From: Candidatus Melainabacteria bacterium 17Bon1m
GTDB lineage: Bacteria; Cyanobacteriota; Vampirovibrionia; Obscuribacterales; Obscuribacteraceae
DNA length: 64,000 nucleotides
Direction: 5' to 3'
Assembly (NCBI GenBank): GCA_032128875.1
Contig: JAVLKG010000005.1
Span: 320,001 to 384,000, forward strand
In this document: piece by piece, positions 19,693 to 29,123 of the stretch
How the letters are laid out: the number at the start of each line of letters is the position of its first letter
Numbering within the stretch: the stretch's first letter is position 1
Made by a program: the position numbers and the translations under genes
Notes under the pieces: model-generated
Told to the model about the DNA's origin: nothing
Databases searched by the model: none
What the model saw: the letters and a program-made list of their open reading frames with translations, nothing else

Positions 19693-21252
19693 ATGGCCGA
19701 AACAGCACAACTCTACGACTCCGCTAAAGGTCCGACAAAGGAAGCCGCGGCGGATGCAGCCACTGTCAGAACGGTGCTGGAAAAGGAAGGCTCGGATGCG
19801 GCAGTAACGAGGTTGCGAAGTGAGGTTGAGTCTGTCCCTGAGCGCGATCGTCAGGCGTACAACACGGCTCTCTTCAAGAACCTGACAGGTGATAGCAATA
19901 GGCTGCCAAACATTCTGCCGGACATGGCGATTGCATTTGGTATGCAGAATTCTGGTTCTTTCATGGAGCAAAACAAATGGAAATGGAATAGCGATGAGCG
20001 CATCGTCAACCCTGACAAACTTACTTCTGCGGCGTCCAAAGAAACGAATCCAATCTATCAGGAACTTTATCGGGAGATGTATAACAAATTCCGCACTATC
20101 AAGGCGGAAAACGGCGCTCATATTGATCCACTGGACTCGTACACTCAAGGCTCTCGCATTCTTAGAGATTATGTTGTGCCCGAAGGTCAGCTGAAGCAGC
20201 AGCTTGCCACTGATGCTGTGCGCGCTGACAATCGCCGACAATTTGGTGTCCTTGCCTCCAATCCTAAGTTGTTCGGTGCCATCGCTAGTGGTGGTGAGAT
20301 AACCCAAGACAGTCTCAAAACATTTAGTGAGAAATGGAATCAAACCGGCACCAGTGGTGCGGATTTCCGTAAGCAGTATGCTTCTACGCCAGAACAGCAG
20401 AGACAGATTGGGCAAACTCTCGACAATCTGAAATACGCATTTGACGATGACAGACACAAGGACAACAAGCCAGGCTCGGTCCTTCAAGACAACAAAGCTG
20501 GTTTTATAGCTAGACACGTCAACGACTACTTCCATGACTATGGCAAGATGACGCAAGAGAGTCTGTTAAATGGACTTGGTTACAAGTCTACGGAAGAAGC
20601 GAAACTTCGCCTGCCATCAGATGTTGGTGGTAAGCCGCTTTCTGATGTTGTTTCACTGAGAAGTTACGACAACACCAAACTGCGCAACCGACAAGATGGT
20701 CCAATGGACCTTGCTCGCAGAATGCTCTCCGGTCAGGAGAAACACTTTAAGGACGCACCGGGCGGTGCAGAACAGGCTGTGAAAGACTTGACCAATGCGC
20801 TTGCTCCGGCTGCAGGCACCTTCGTCGACAAAGCCGTCAATCAGGTTTCTCCTGAGAATCGCGACAAGGTAATTCAGAACATTGCTGCAACTGGCAACGA
20901 TAGACTGCGCGACTGGTTTGTCAGTCGTTATCCTGCCGACATGTCTGCTGCCGCAGCTGCTTCAACCGCTGACGCAGGACCGCTGGATAACTCATCGTCC
21001 AAAGTCGTGTCGAGACAAGGCTCAGATGCAGTCGCAACAAACATGCTGAAAGACGCTGGTCTAGGTCATTCAGAAATGAAGGCGCTCAGCAATGTCTTGT
21101 ACAAAGATCTGGGCATCAACTGGAATTCAGTGCACGCAGGCACGCCGCTAGTGACTGAAGAAAACCTCGAAACTGTCCGCGAAAAGATTGCCGCGAAAAA
21201 CAACGACAAACTCATTCAATGGTTTGACAGCAAATATCCGAAGAGAAACTAG
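19693..21252 (+). CDS. Paralogue of 17766-19325
   Basis: AGGAG RBS before ATG 19693; shared blocks (VLAxNPKxFxAI, ITxxxxxxFxxKWN); repeats end WFVSRYP and WFDSKYPK. Confidence 0.85.
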   Translation: MAETAQLYDSAKGPTKEAAADAATVRTVLEKEGSDAAVTRLRSEVESVPERDRQAYNTALFKNLTGDSNRLPNILPDMAIAFGMQNSGSFMEQNKWKWNSDERIVNPDKLTSAASKETNPIYQELYREMYNKFRTIKAENGAHIDPLDSYTQGSRILRDYVVPEGQLKQQLATDAVRADNRRQFGVLASNPKLFGAIASGGEITQDSLKTFSEKWNQTGTSGADFRKQYASTPEQQRQIGQTLDNLKYAFDDDRHKDNKPGSVLQDNKAGFIARHVNDYFHDYGKMTQESLLNGLGYKSTEEAKLRLPSDVGGKPLSDVVSLRSYDNTKLRNRQDGPMDLARRMLSGQEKHFKDAPGGAEQAVKDLTNALAPAAGTFVDKAVNQVSPENRDKVIQNIAATGNDRLRDWFVSRYPADMSAAAAASTADAGPLDNSSSKVVSRQGSDAVATNMLKDAGLGHSEMKALSNVLYKDLGINWNSVHAGTPLVTEENLETVREKIAAKNNDKLIQWFDSKYPKRN

Positions 21253-21279
21253 CTTTTTCACTGATGACGACGCAGGAAT

Positions 21280-21318
21280 GCCCGATTTAACTTCCTTCTG
21301 GAGCTGAGTCGGGCTTTT
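21280..21318. terminator. Hairpin terminator between convergent genes
   Basis: GCCCGATTTA..CTTCC-ttct-GGAG..TGAGTCGGGC then TTTT. Confidence 0.65.
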
Positions 21319-21320
21319 CG

Positions 21321-24300
21321 CTAGGGTGTTAGAGTGCCACTGCTGCCGCCATCTTCGGAATTTTTCTCTGTTTCCTTTTGCGTTGGAGTGCCGTTGTCGG
21401 CATCTTTATTATTTTCGGGCTTGCCTGTGCCTCCAGTGACGCCCTTCAGCCCTTGCAAGATTGACAGCGTTACTTCCCTCGGCTTTCCTACGAGTTTTCT
21501 TTCTTCCATGAGAGCAAGCTCGCGTGCGACTTCTTCGTCAGTGCGTTCCGGCTCTAGGATTGCAACTATGTCTCGGTAATAGAGCGTTTCTTTCTCCATC
21601 AGAGCTTCGGCGAGTTTTTGAACTTTGTCCTTATGTTGTCCTAGCAACTTGTTAACGCTTTCCTTGCAGTCATTGATAATTTGCATGGTTGCGAGTTCCA
21701 ACTGACGCTCTGTTTCTGGAGAAGGTCCGGCGGCATCCTCATGTCCAAACGCCACATTGGTATTGAAAGTGAAGTCTTTTGCCATGCCCCACTCCCGGAC
21801 CATTGCTCGTGCGCAGGAAGCTACATTCCTCAAATCCGAACTGACTCCTGAGGAAGTTTCCTTCAAGAACATGTTCTCTGCCGCCCAGCCGCCGAGTGCA
21901 ATTTCAATGCGCACCATCAAATCATGTCTGTCTCGATGGTTGCGATCTTCCTTACCGACATACCAGACGTATCCGAGTGCATAGCCACTTGGAACGACAG
22001 TAACGACCTGAATTCTGTCGCGCTTGTTGCGGAAATAGGCAGCTACAGCGTGTCCCGCTTCGTGTATTGCGGTAGCGCTCAATTCCTCCATCAGAATATG
22101 ACGGCTGTAGGACATACCGAAACTTTGCCTTTGAATAGCCTGAATTAGGTCTATCATCGTAATTTCTTTTCGCCCTTCACGAACGGCGATCAGACCTGCT
22201 TCATTGACGATGTTCGCAATATCTGCGCCTGAGTTCCATACAGTCATGCGAGCGATTTCGCGCAAATCGATTTTGCATTCCATCTTGAGCTTCTTGATGT
22301 AGTGCGTAAACATCGCCTCGCGCCCTTCAAGGTTCGGCATCGAGATGTTGATACGCCTGTCAAACCGACCTGGACGTAACAGTGCGGGGTCCAGCAAAGA
22401 AGCGTTGTTAGTGGCGCCTATAGTGAGTACTTTGTGTTTGCCGAAGCCATCAAGTTCGACGAGGAACTGGTTTAATGTCTGGTTTTGCTCTTGCTTGCCG
22501 CCGCCGCCGTAGTCACGGCCTCTATGACCAGCAATACCATCGATTTCGTCAATAAACACAATCGCAGGCTTGCCGCTGCGCCGTGCCTGTTCGTATACAG
22601 CTCTGACGCGTGCGGCGCCTAATCCTACCCAAACTTGTGCAAAATCGCTGCCGCTGAGTGCGTAGAATGGTACACCTGCTTCGTTTGCAATAGCTTTGGC
22701 AAGCATAGTCTTGCCGGTCCCCGATGGTCCTACTAGGAGAACACCCTTCGGTGCCTTGAGACCAACTTCTTGCACCAGCTCCATGTTTTTGATCAGGGCA
22801 ACTACTTCAGCAGCTTCTGCTTTTGCTTCTTCCATGCCTTTAACGTCGTCGAGTTTTACATCGACATCGGGCAGTCTGGCCATGTTAATGCCAGTCGTGT
22901 TCATCTTATGGCCGGCAGTTGCAGACAGCTTGGTAATTGCTTCTGCGAGGTCAGCTTCGATGAATTTCTTACGATTGTTTCTTACCGCAAGAATAGCCGC
23001 TTCGTTGACTGCGGCAGCAACGTCAGCACCGGCAAAGTTTACGCTCTGCTTCGAAAGTTCTTCTAGATCAAATTTACCTTCGTTCTTGATTTTGCTCATA
23101 TAGAGCTCGAACATTTTCTTGCGTGCATCGGAATCAGGGAGTCCGATGTAGATCTTTCGATCAAATCTGCCAGCGCGATAAAACGCAGGGTCCAAATTTT
23201 GTTCTTGGTTAGTCGCGCCGATTGTGAGAATATTGCTGCGACTAAAACCATCCAACTGAACGAGTATTTCGTTTAGTTCGCTTGTGCGGTTGTTTCCGAC
23301 ATCTGTCATAGTTCCTGCAATCGCATCTATTTCATCAATGAAAACGATTGCTGCCGGGCTCTTTCTTGCTTGCGTGTACAGCGCTCTGAGTCTCGCTGCG
23401 CCTTCTCCATCAAACATGCTTTTGAAATAAGATGCAGAGATTCCATAGAAGGGCACACCTGCTTCGTTTGCAATTGCTTTGGCCATCAAGGTTTTGCCAA
23501 CGCCAGGCGGTCCGATTAATAGAATGCCTCGCGGGACTTTCGCACCCATTTCACGCAGTTCCGAACCTTGGCGCAAGAATGCAATGACTTCAGAAACATC
23601 TTGCTTTGCGTCGTCGATTCCAATTACATGATCCAGTTTGACTGTCGGATCCGGATTTGGAATGACAATGCCTGAATCGACTAGAACACGATCATTGCCC
23701 ATAGAAACGCGGTCCAGAGCTTGCTCTAATATGTCTGTAGTGACACGGTTCGGACCGCCCGGACGCGTAGATACCAAAGCTGCTTCATTGACTATTTGGT
23801 AGATGTCCGCAGGAGAAAAGCCCTGAGTCAGACTCGCAATATGTTCAACATTTACTTCGGGGTCGTGCGAAACTCTTTCTAGATAGTATTTGAAAATCTT
23901 GACGCGCTCTTCCGGGTTGGGAATTTGAAAGTAAATGCGTCTGTCCATGCGGCCTGCACGAGTAAGGCCCGGATCGAGACCGCCATCAAGATTGGTGGCA
24001 CCAATGACTAACAAACGCGAAGCGTGAAACCCATCCATCTGCGTTAGCAGCGTATTGAGAGTCATGTTCATGTCAGACTGCCCGCCGAAGCCTCTGTCTT
24101 GCCTCCGGCGTGTTGCCATGGAATCAATTTCGTCTATGAACAATATCGCGCGATCATGGCGTTTCAGCTTTGCAAACAAGGTCTTTAACTTGAGTACTCC
24201 CAAACCAAAGATCAAGCCACTGATGCCGCCACCTTCTACAACATAGAATGGTGTGCCCACCTCGTTGGCAATGGCTCGGGCGAAGAGCGTTTTACCAACA

Positions 24301-24740
24301 CCCGGAGCACCGACGAAAAGCATTCCTTTTGGTAATTCAGCCCCTGAAGCAGAATACTTTTCTGGATTCTGAAGCATGTCTATTACTTCTTTGATTTCTT
24401 GCTTGGCTTGCTCATTGCCAATCAATTCATCCAACGTCTTCGGAGCCTTAGGATTAATCCTGGGCTTTTCGAACATGAATGGAAGTACCCGCTCCCAGAT
24501 AGGTTTTGGTGCCTTAGAGTCAGCTCGTGGCGGAAGCGGAAAGATGATTGACAGCAGTATGTACCACTGAATCAAAATCATTATGGCGCCGAACAGGGCG
24601 GCAGCAAAGGCAGACGTTACCGAATACTTGAGTAAAGCAGGAAAGGAGGCAAATGGGTTCCAGAATTGCGCTGTGCAGAGCAATAGCACCATCCACAGAG
24701 CCAAAACCGTCCATCTTGCCCAATTTTTCATAACTTTCAA
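21321..24740 (-). CDS. FtsH-like ATP-dependent zinc metalloprotease with three tandem AAA+ modules
   Basis: Two N-terminal TMs; Walker A GAPGVGKT, GPPGVGKT, GPSGTGKT; three FIDEID; SRH RAGRMDR, RAGRFDR, RPGRFDR; M41 HEAGH, GGWAAE and GVSSD. Confidence 0.92.
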   Translation of the reverse strand: MKVMKNWARWTVLALWMVLLLCTAQFWNPFASFPALLKYSVTSAFAAALFGAIMILIQWYILLSIIFPLPPRADSKAPKPIWERVLPFMFEKPRINPKAPKTLDELIGNEQAKQEIKEVIDMLQNPEKYSASGAELPKGMLFVGAPGVGKTLFARAIANEVGTPFYVVEGGGISGLIFGLGVLKLKTLFAKLKRHDRAILFIDEIDSMATRRRQDRGFGGQSDMNMTLNTLLTQMDGFHASRLLVIGATNLDGGLDPGLTRAGRMDRRIYFQIPNPEERVKIFKYYLERVSHDPEVNVEHIASLTQGFSPADIYQIVNEAALVSTRPGGPNRVTTDILEQALDRVSMGNDRVLVDSGIVIPNPDPTVKLDHVIGIDDAKQDVSEVIAFLRQGSELREMGAKVPRGILLIGPPGVGKTLMAKAIANEAGVPFYGISASYFKSMFDGEGAARLRALYTQARKSPAAIVFIDEIDAIAGTMTDVGNNRTSELNEILVQLDGFSRSNILTIGATNQEQNLDPAFYRAGRFDRKIYIGLPDSDARKKMFELYMSKIKNEGKFDLEELSKQSVNFAGADVAAAVNEAAILAVRNNRKKFIEADLAEAITKLSATAGHKMNTTGINMARLPDVDVKLDDVKGMEEAKAEAAEVVALIKNMELVQEVGLKAPKGVLLVGPSGTGKTMLAKAIANEAGVPFYALSGSDFAQVWVGLGAARVRAVYEQARRSGKPAIVFIDEIDGIAGHRGRDYGGGGKQEQNQTLNQFLVELDGFGKHKVLTIGATNNASLLDPALLRPGRFDRRINISMPNLEGREAMFTHYIKKLKMECKIDLREIARMTVWNSGADIANIVNEAGLIAVREGRKEITMIDLIQAIQRQSFGMSYSRHILMEELSATAIHEAGHAVAAYFRNKRDRIQVVTVVPSGYALGYVWYVGKEDRNHRDRHDLMVRIEIALGGWAAENMFLKETSSGVSSDLRNVASCARAMVREWGMAKDFTFNTNVAFGHEDAAGPSPETERQLELATMQIINDCKESVNKLLGQHKDKVQKLAEALMEKETLYYRDIVAILEPERTDEEVARELALMEERKLVGKPREVTLSILQGLKGVTGGTGKPENNKDADNGTPTQKETEKNSEDGGSSGTLTP

Positions 24741-24905
24741 CTTCCGTAATTATCAGTTGTTGCCCCAGTGTGGGAAATCTTCCACCTTGCCGCCGTTCGG
24801 ATCAGTAGCGCAGCTGTTCTTTCCAATGTCAGTCAATAACCGCACCCTGCGGTATCCGTCGACGAGCACCTCTTCAGCGATGACAACGTCCTGTTTGTCT
24901 AGCTG

Positions 24906-25031
24906 TCAGGGATAGCCCGGGACTGCAATGTCTGATATGCCAGTCTTTTCAGGTTCGCCTTTCAAGTCCATGCCGTTAAGCAGGCAGCTGACGCCCAGCG
25001 CAATGAATAACGTGACAAAAAAAGTCTTCAT
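24906..25031 (-). CDS. Small membrane/secreted ORF (41 aa; frame stays open past its UGA to 24753)
   Basis: Manual translation MKTFFVTLFIALGVSCLLNGMDLKGEPEKTGISDIAVPGYP*. N-terminus resembles that of the adjacent thioredoxin. AAGG RBS is weak. Confidence 0.5.
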   Translation of the reverse strand: MKTFFVTLFIALGVSCLLNGMDLKGEPEKTGISDIAVPGYP

Positions 25032-25233
25032 ACCTTGATGCTAAACCGGCTTGCTGTCGCTACTTAACTAATATTCCCTCTACCTACCAGCATTCTATAG
25101 ATTTTTGAGAGATGCTGCCAATTCCTTTTGCCTGTTGGCTTTCTAGGGTAAACCCGCCATGCCAGACATGCTGAGATTTCACGGGTTGGTTCGCTGGACA
25201 TGAGCACAAGGCAAGGAATTCAATGGTTCCTCC

Positions 25234-25731
25234 TTAGTCTGCCGCGTTTCCAGTTCCGGGTTTTTGACTTTCGAGATATGGCTTAACCATTGCAACTACT
25301 TGCGTCTTCGGCATGGCTCCAGTAGTGGAATATTCGCATTTACCTTCCTTGAAGACCATAAATACGGGAATCGAGGAAATTTGGTACTTCTGGGCTAAGT
25401 GGGGCGCACGTAAAACATCCACCCGTGCCACTTTTAGAGAACCTTGGTACTCCGTTGCCACTTCAGCCAAAATAGGCTCCATTTTCTTGCATGGTCCGCA
25501 AGTATCGGCGTAAAAGTCCACAAGGACCGGCGTCTGGCTGTCTATTACTTCGCTTTCGAAATTCGATTCGTCAACGGAAGCCATACTATTAAGTGCTTCT
25601 TCGGACGCTGTCTGCTGAGCTGCCTCTGGTGTTTGCTGTGGAGCACTTGATGTCGCGTCCACTTGCTGTGACCCGTTCCAAATACTGCCCACGATGAGAG
25701 CGATTACAAAGATGATGAATGCTTCTTTCAC
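25234..25731 (-). CDS. Membrane-anchored/secreted thioredoxin-family protein
   Basis: N-terminal hydrophobic segment, Q/A-rich linker, VLVDFYADTCGPCK, cis-Pro SIP. Confidence 0.9.
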   Translation of the reverse strand: MKEAFIIFVIALIVGSIWNGSQQVDATSSAPQQTPEAAQQTASEEALNSMASVDESNFESEVIDSQTPVLVDFYADTCGPCKKMEPILAEVATEYQGSLKVARVDVLRAPHLAQKYQISSIPVFMVFKEGKCEYSTTGAMPKTQVVAMVKPYLESQKPGTGNAAD

Positions 25732-25895
25732 GGCGCTTTTCCGCTCCCATTGCTTCCGATATATGCGTTCGATTACCTATATATTGGCACAGCAATTCTT
25801 GGACTGCACTAGGGATTAATCTAGGTTCCAATTTCCAGATGGCCACCCTTGCTTCCTGTATTCGCATAGCGCGCTGGATGTTTTGACCTAAAGAC

Positions 25896-25926
25896 AAAAA
25901 AATAGGGACGCATCTCTGCGCCCCTA
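25896..25926 (-). terminator. REP-like hairpin acting as terminator
   Basis: Minus strand GTAGGGGCGCA-gaga-TGCGTCCCTA then a T-run, after the fasciclin gene. Confidence 0.6.
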
Positions 25927-25950
25927 CCGATAACCTCATTTCCGGTCAGC

Positions 25951-26475
25951 TTATTTGCCGCGCTCAGGAATCAAAACGGTGTCGATGACGTGAACTACGC
26001 CGTTGGTGCAATCTTTGTCAGCTTGCGTGACGAGAGCGCCGTCAACAACTTGTGTGCCGTCTTTGTTGTCGAGCATCACGGATTCGCCTTCCAAGGTTAC
26101 GAGCGAACGGCGGCTTGCCAGATCGCTAGCAGAGTACTTCTTGGGAAGAACGTGATATTTGAGCACTGTTGCCAACTTCTTGTTATCAGCCATGAGGGCT
26201 TCTCTGTCGGCTTTAGGAATTTTGTTGAAAGCTGCATCGCTTGGAGCGAAGAGGGTGTAACTACCTCTTTGTCCGAGAGTCTTCATCAAACCGGTCTTGA
26301 CCAGCGCATGGTGGAGTGTCGACAACTCCTTGTTGCAGGCGGTCGAGCTCGAAACGCTCGGCTTGCCGCAGGCTTTCTTGTGGTGTCTTTTCGCATCAGC
26401 TGTAAGCTGAGACGAGCTAATCACCGCCAATGTCATTGCTACGACAACTGCGGCTACTTTCTTCGATTGCATCAC
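25951..26475 (-). CDS. Secreted fasciclin (FAS1) domain protein
   Basis: Signal peptide; YTLFAPSDAAF, LKYHV and NGVVHVIDTVL motifs. Confidence 0.93.
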   Translation of the reverse strand: MMQSKKVAAVVVAMTLAVISSSQLTADAKRHHKKACGKPSVSSSTACNKELSTLHHALVKTGLMKTLGQRGSYTLFAPSDAAFNKIPKADREALMADNKKLATVLKYHVLPKKYSASDLASRRSLVTLEGESVMLDNKDGTQVVDGALVTQADKDCTNGVVHVIDTVLIPERGK

Positions 26476-26630
26476 GATCTCCTTTGCCTGTCGCGAATCT
26501 AGTGATCTAAGTGATCCTACTGACGCGTATATACGATCTTCTTCAACCCTTACCCATAGCTGTCGCTAAAGCATGCGCCAGGCTATGTCTTGAATGCCTA
26601 AATTATGCCGGATCTAAGTTAAGTGCCCGT

Positions 26631-26652
26631 AAAAAGATCAGGTGCCCTGATC
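26631..26652 (-). terminator. Intrinsic terminator of trxA
   Basis: GATCAGG-gca-CCTGATC then TTTTT on the minus strand. Confidence 0.7.
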
Positions 26653-26658
26653 CACCTT

Positions 26659-26982
26659 TTATACGTGCTTGTTAATTGCCGTCGCGAGAGCTGATTTCGG
26701 TACAGCGCCGACTACCTGCTCGACAACCTGACCTGTCTTGAAGACATAAAGGCTTGGAATGCCGCGAATAGAATAGGCTTGCGCAGTTTTCGGATTTTCA
26801 TCCGTGTTCAGCTTCACAACCTTGAGACGACCTTCGTATTCTTTAGAAAGGTCTTCCACAACAGGCGCGATTGCTTTGCAAGGACCACACCAGGGAGCCC
26901 AAAAGTCGACCAGGACTGGAATTTCAGCCTTCAAAACTTCTTGCTCAAACGTGGCGTCGGTGACGTTCAACACAGCAGACAT
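26659..26982 (-). CDS. trxA: Thioredoxin
   Basis: [19 protein letters not shown], 107 aa, GGAGG RBS. Confidence 0.97.
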   Translation of the reverse strand: MSAVLNVTDATFEQEVLKAEIPVLVDFWAPWCGPCKAIAPVVEDLSKEYEGRLKVVKLNTDENPKTAQAYSIRGIPSLYVFKTGQVVEQVVGAVPKSALATAINKHV

Positions 26983-27370
26983 CTTCGGAATGGACCTCCC
27001 ATTTGGCGGGCTAGATAGCAGTCGTTATCAAACTTCTATGCTTCCGCATTATATAGACTCGCAACTTAGTTTCGCACAGATAGGACAATTTGTCTTAATC
27101 GTTGATCGTGTTGCCAAGCGAGTGACGTACCGCGGCATAGCGCATGGCAAGCCATAAGTAGAGGAGCTGTGTGACCGATAAGACTGGCTATTCCTCGAAT
27201 TCGCCCGTAGCCAATTGTCAAAGGGCTTTCTATTTCAGTTTAGAAAGTTCCGATATTTTTGTTGAAATCGGTATTTAATTAGATCGGGGAGCGCAATACG
27301 ACTTGAGCGTGCCTCTGTTCCTAAGTATTTTTCTAGTGCCTTAGCTACTCAGCCTTCAGAGGCAAATTCG

Positions 27371-28897
27371 ATGGGGCTCTTGGAGCGAATCTACAAGTGG
27401 ATGTTCAGAAGTCTGGCCAACCAGCTTCTGTTTACCTACCTGGTCATTATTGTGATTTCGCTCTTGGCTGTGAGCTTATGGGCGTTGTTTGCCATTAAAT
27501 CTGAATCTGTCACCGATTTGCGCAACTCGCTTGAAGTTGAAGCTGTGCACTTGGCTTTGGAAATTGACAACGACTTGGGCATGGATTCTGAGAAGTCCAG
27601 GCAGCGCATTCAAAGCGCGGTGGACCGTCACGCTACTAAGCTTGGCGTGGCAATCACAGTGGTCGATCGTGATGGACGAGTACTTGCAGATTCATCTACG
27701 ATCTCGCCAGCGCCGGATGGCGTCAACATCTCCAACGATTCTGAGATCAATGATGCGCTCGCCGGCATCGTTGCGATATACACGAGAAATGAGCGGACAA
27801 CAAACAGTAACTGGCTCTACGTCGCCTGTCCCGTGCGCGCCGCAGGTCAGACTACAGGAGTTATTCGAGTTGGAGTTCAGCTGACTGAAATCGAACAGCG
27901 TTTGCACCGCGACTTGATCATCTTTCTGGAAATTATTTTTGCGACTGGTGTAATGACAGTTCTCATCAGCCTTTGGCTGGCGCGACGAGTAAATAGACCG
28001 TTGCAAGAAATGAGCATGACTGCCAGAAAAATCGCTGCATCCGGTGACATGTCGGAAACGGTTCCGGTGAAACGACCTGATGAAGTTGGAGAGTTGGCGC
28101 GTTCTTTCAATCAAATGATTCGCCGTCTGCGTGAGCAAGAACGTTTGCGTCAAGAATTCATCGCCAACGCATCACACGAATTGAAAACACCGACAATGGC
28201 GATTGGTTCTGTTGTGGAAGCGCTTCAAGCGGGCGCTGCCGAAGATCCAAAGCTTCGCAATCAATTCCTCGAATCACTCGAAAGACTCGTTGATCGACAA
28301 GCGAATCTATTGCAAGACCTGCTCGATATCAGCCGATTGGATAGCGGACAGGATATGTCGTTGAAAAACGAAATCAATGTTCAGCAACTCATCAACGATG
28401 CTGTCTATCAAGTTCAGCCAAATGCTGAGAAAAAACAAGTTGAAATCAACGTAGATTCTGACCTTGACGGCGCAGTGGTTATGGGCAATTCCATACATTT
28501 GCAGAGAGCGTTGGTAAACATCCTAGGGAATGCTGTCAATTACACTTCTAAGGATGGAAACGTCGGAATTAAGGCAACTCTCGATGGAATCAATGAGGTA
28601 GAAATCAAAATTACTGATACCGGAATTGGTATCGATGCAGAAGACCTTCCCAAAATTTTCGAGCGCTTCTATCGTGCTGACAAAGCGAGAAGTCGCGCAA
28701 GTGGTGGCTCCGGACTTGGTCTAGCAATCACCCAAGAAATCATTGCCAGACATCAGGGTAGCGTTAGTGTTGAGTCTGAAGTCGGCGTAGGGTCTACGTT
28801 TGTCGTTCGCTTGCCCGTAAAGGTGCAAGCACCACCCGTGGAAAGACCACTGGAATCTGACGCGGACAAAGATGCTGTTTTAGGTAGCCATGAATAA
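27371..28897 (+). CDS. HAMP-domain sensor histidine kinase (PhoR-like)
   Basis: Two TMs, HAMP (DEVGELARSFNQM), ASHELKTP, NAVNY, DTGIGI, IFERFYR, GSGLGL. Confidence 0.95.
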   Translation: MGLLERIYKWMFRSLANQLLFTYLVIIVISLLAVSLWALFAIKSESVTDLRNSLEVEAVHLALEIDNDLGMDSEKSRQRIQSAVDRHATKLGVAITVVDRDGRVLADSSTISPAPDGVNISNDSEINDALAGIVAIYTRNERTTNSNWLYVACPVRAAGQTTGVIRVGVQLTEIEQRLHRDLIIFLEIIFATGVMTVLISLWLARRVNRPLQEMSMTARKIAASGDMSETVPVKRPDEVGELARSFNQMIRRLREQERLRQEFIANASHELKTPTMAIGSVVEALQAGAAEDPKLRNQFLESLERLVDRQANLLQDLLDISRLDSGQDMSLKNEINVQQLINDAVYQVQPNAEKKQVEINVDSDLDGAVVMGNSIHLQRALVNILGNAVNYTSKDGNVGIKATLDGINEVEIKITDTGIGIDAEDLPKIFERFYRADKARSRASGGSGLGLAITQEIIARHQGSVSVESEVGVGSTFVVRLPVKVQAPPVERPLESDADKDAVLGSHE

Positions 28898-29123
28898 TCT
28901 GATCAAAAAGATTCAATCTATTTTTGGAAAGAAAGATGCCCCGCCCGCTCCTGCTGAAGAAGAGGACGAGCTTTGTTGTGAGGGCAAAGTGCACATCGCA
29001 TACCGCGGAATCAGTGACGACAAAATGTACGTATCATACAACCGGCGATGGGATGAAGTGAAATTCTTCAAGCCCAACGGGCTGCGCGTCTTCTGCAACG
29101 TTTGCCGCCGCCGCTTGCTTTAG
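28890..29123 (+). CDS. Small Cys-containing hypothetical protein
   Basis: 77 aa, overlaps the kinase stop; CC...CNVC. Confidence 0.65.
   Translation: MNNLIKKIQSIFGKKDAPPAPAEEEDELCCEGKVHIAYRGISDDKMYVSYNRRWDEVKFFKPNGLRVFCNVCRRRLL

Noticed and set aside
17907-20556. Long antisense ORFs (17907..18563, 19678..20556 and similar ones elsewhere)
   Set aside because: They are shadows of well-supported genes on the opposite strand and carry no motifs.
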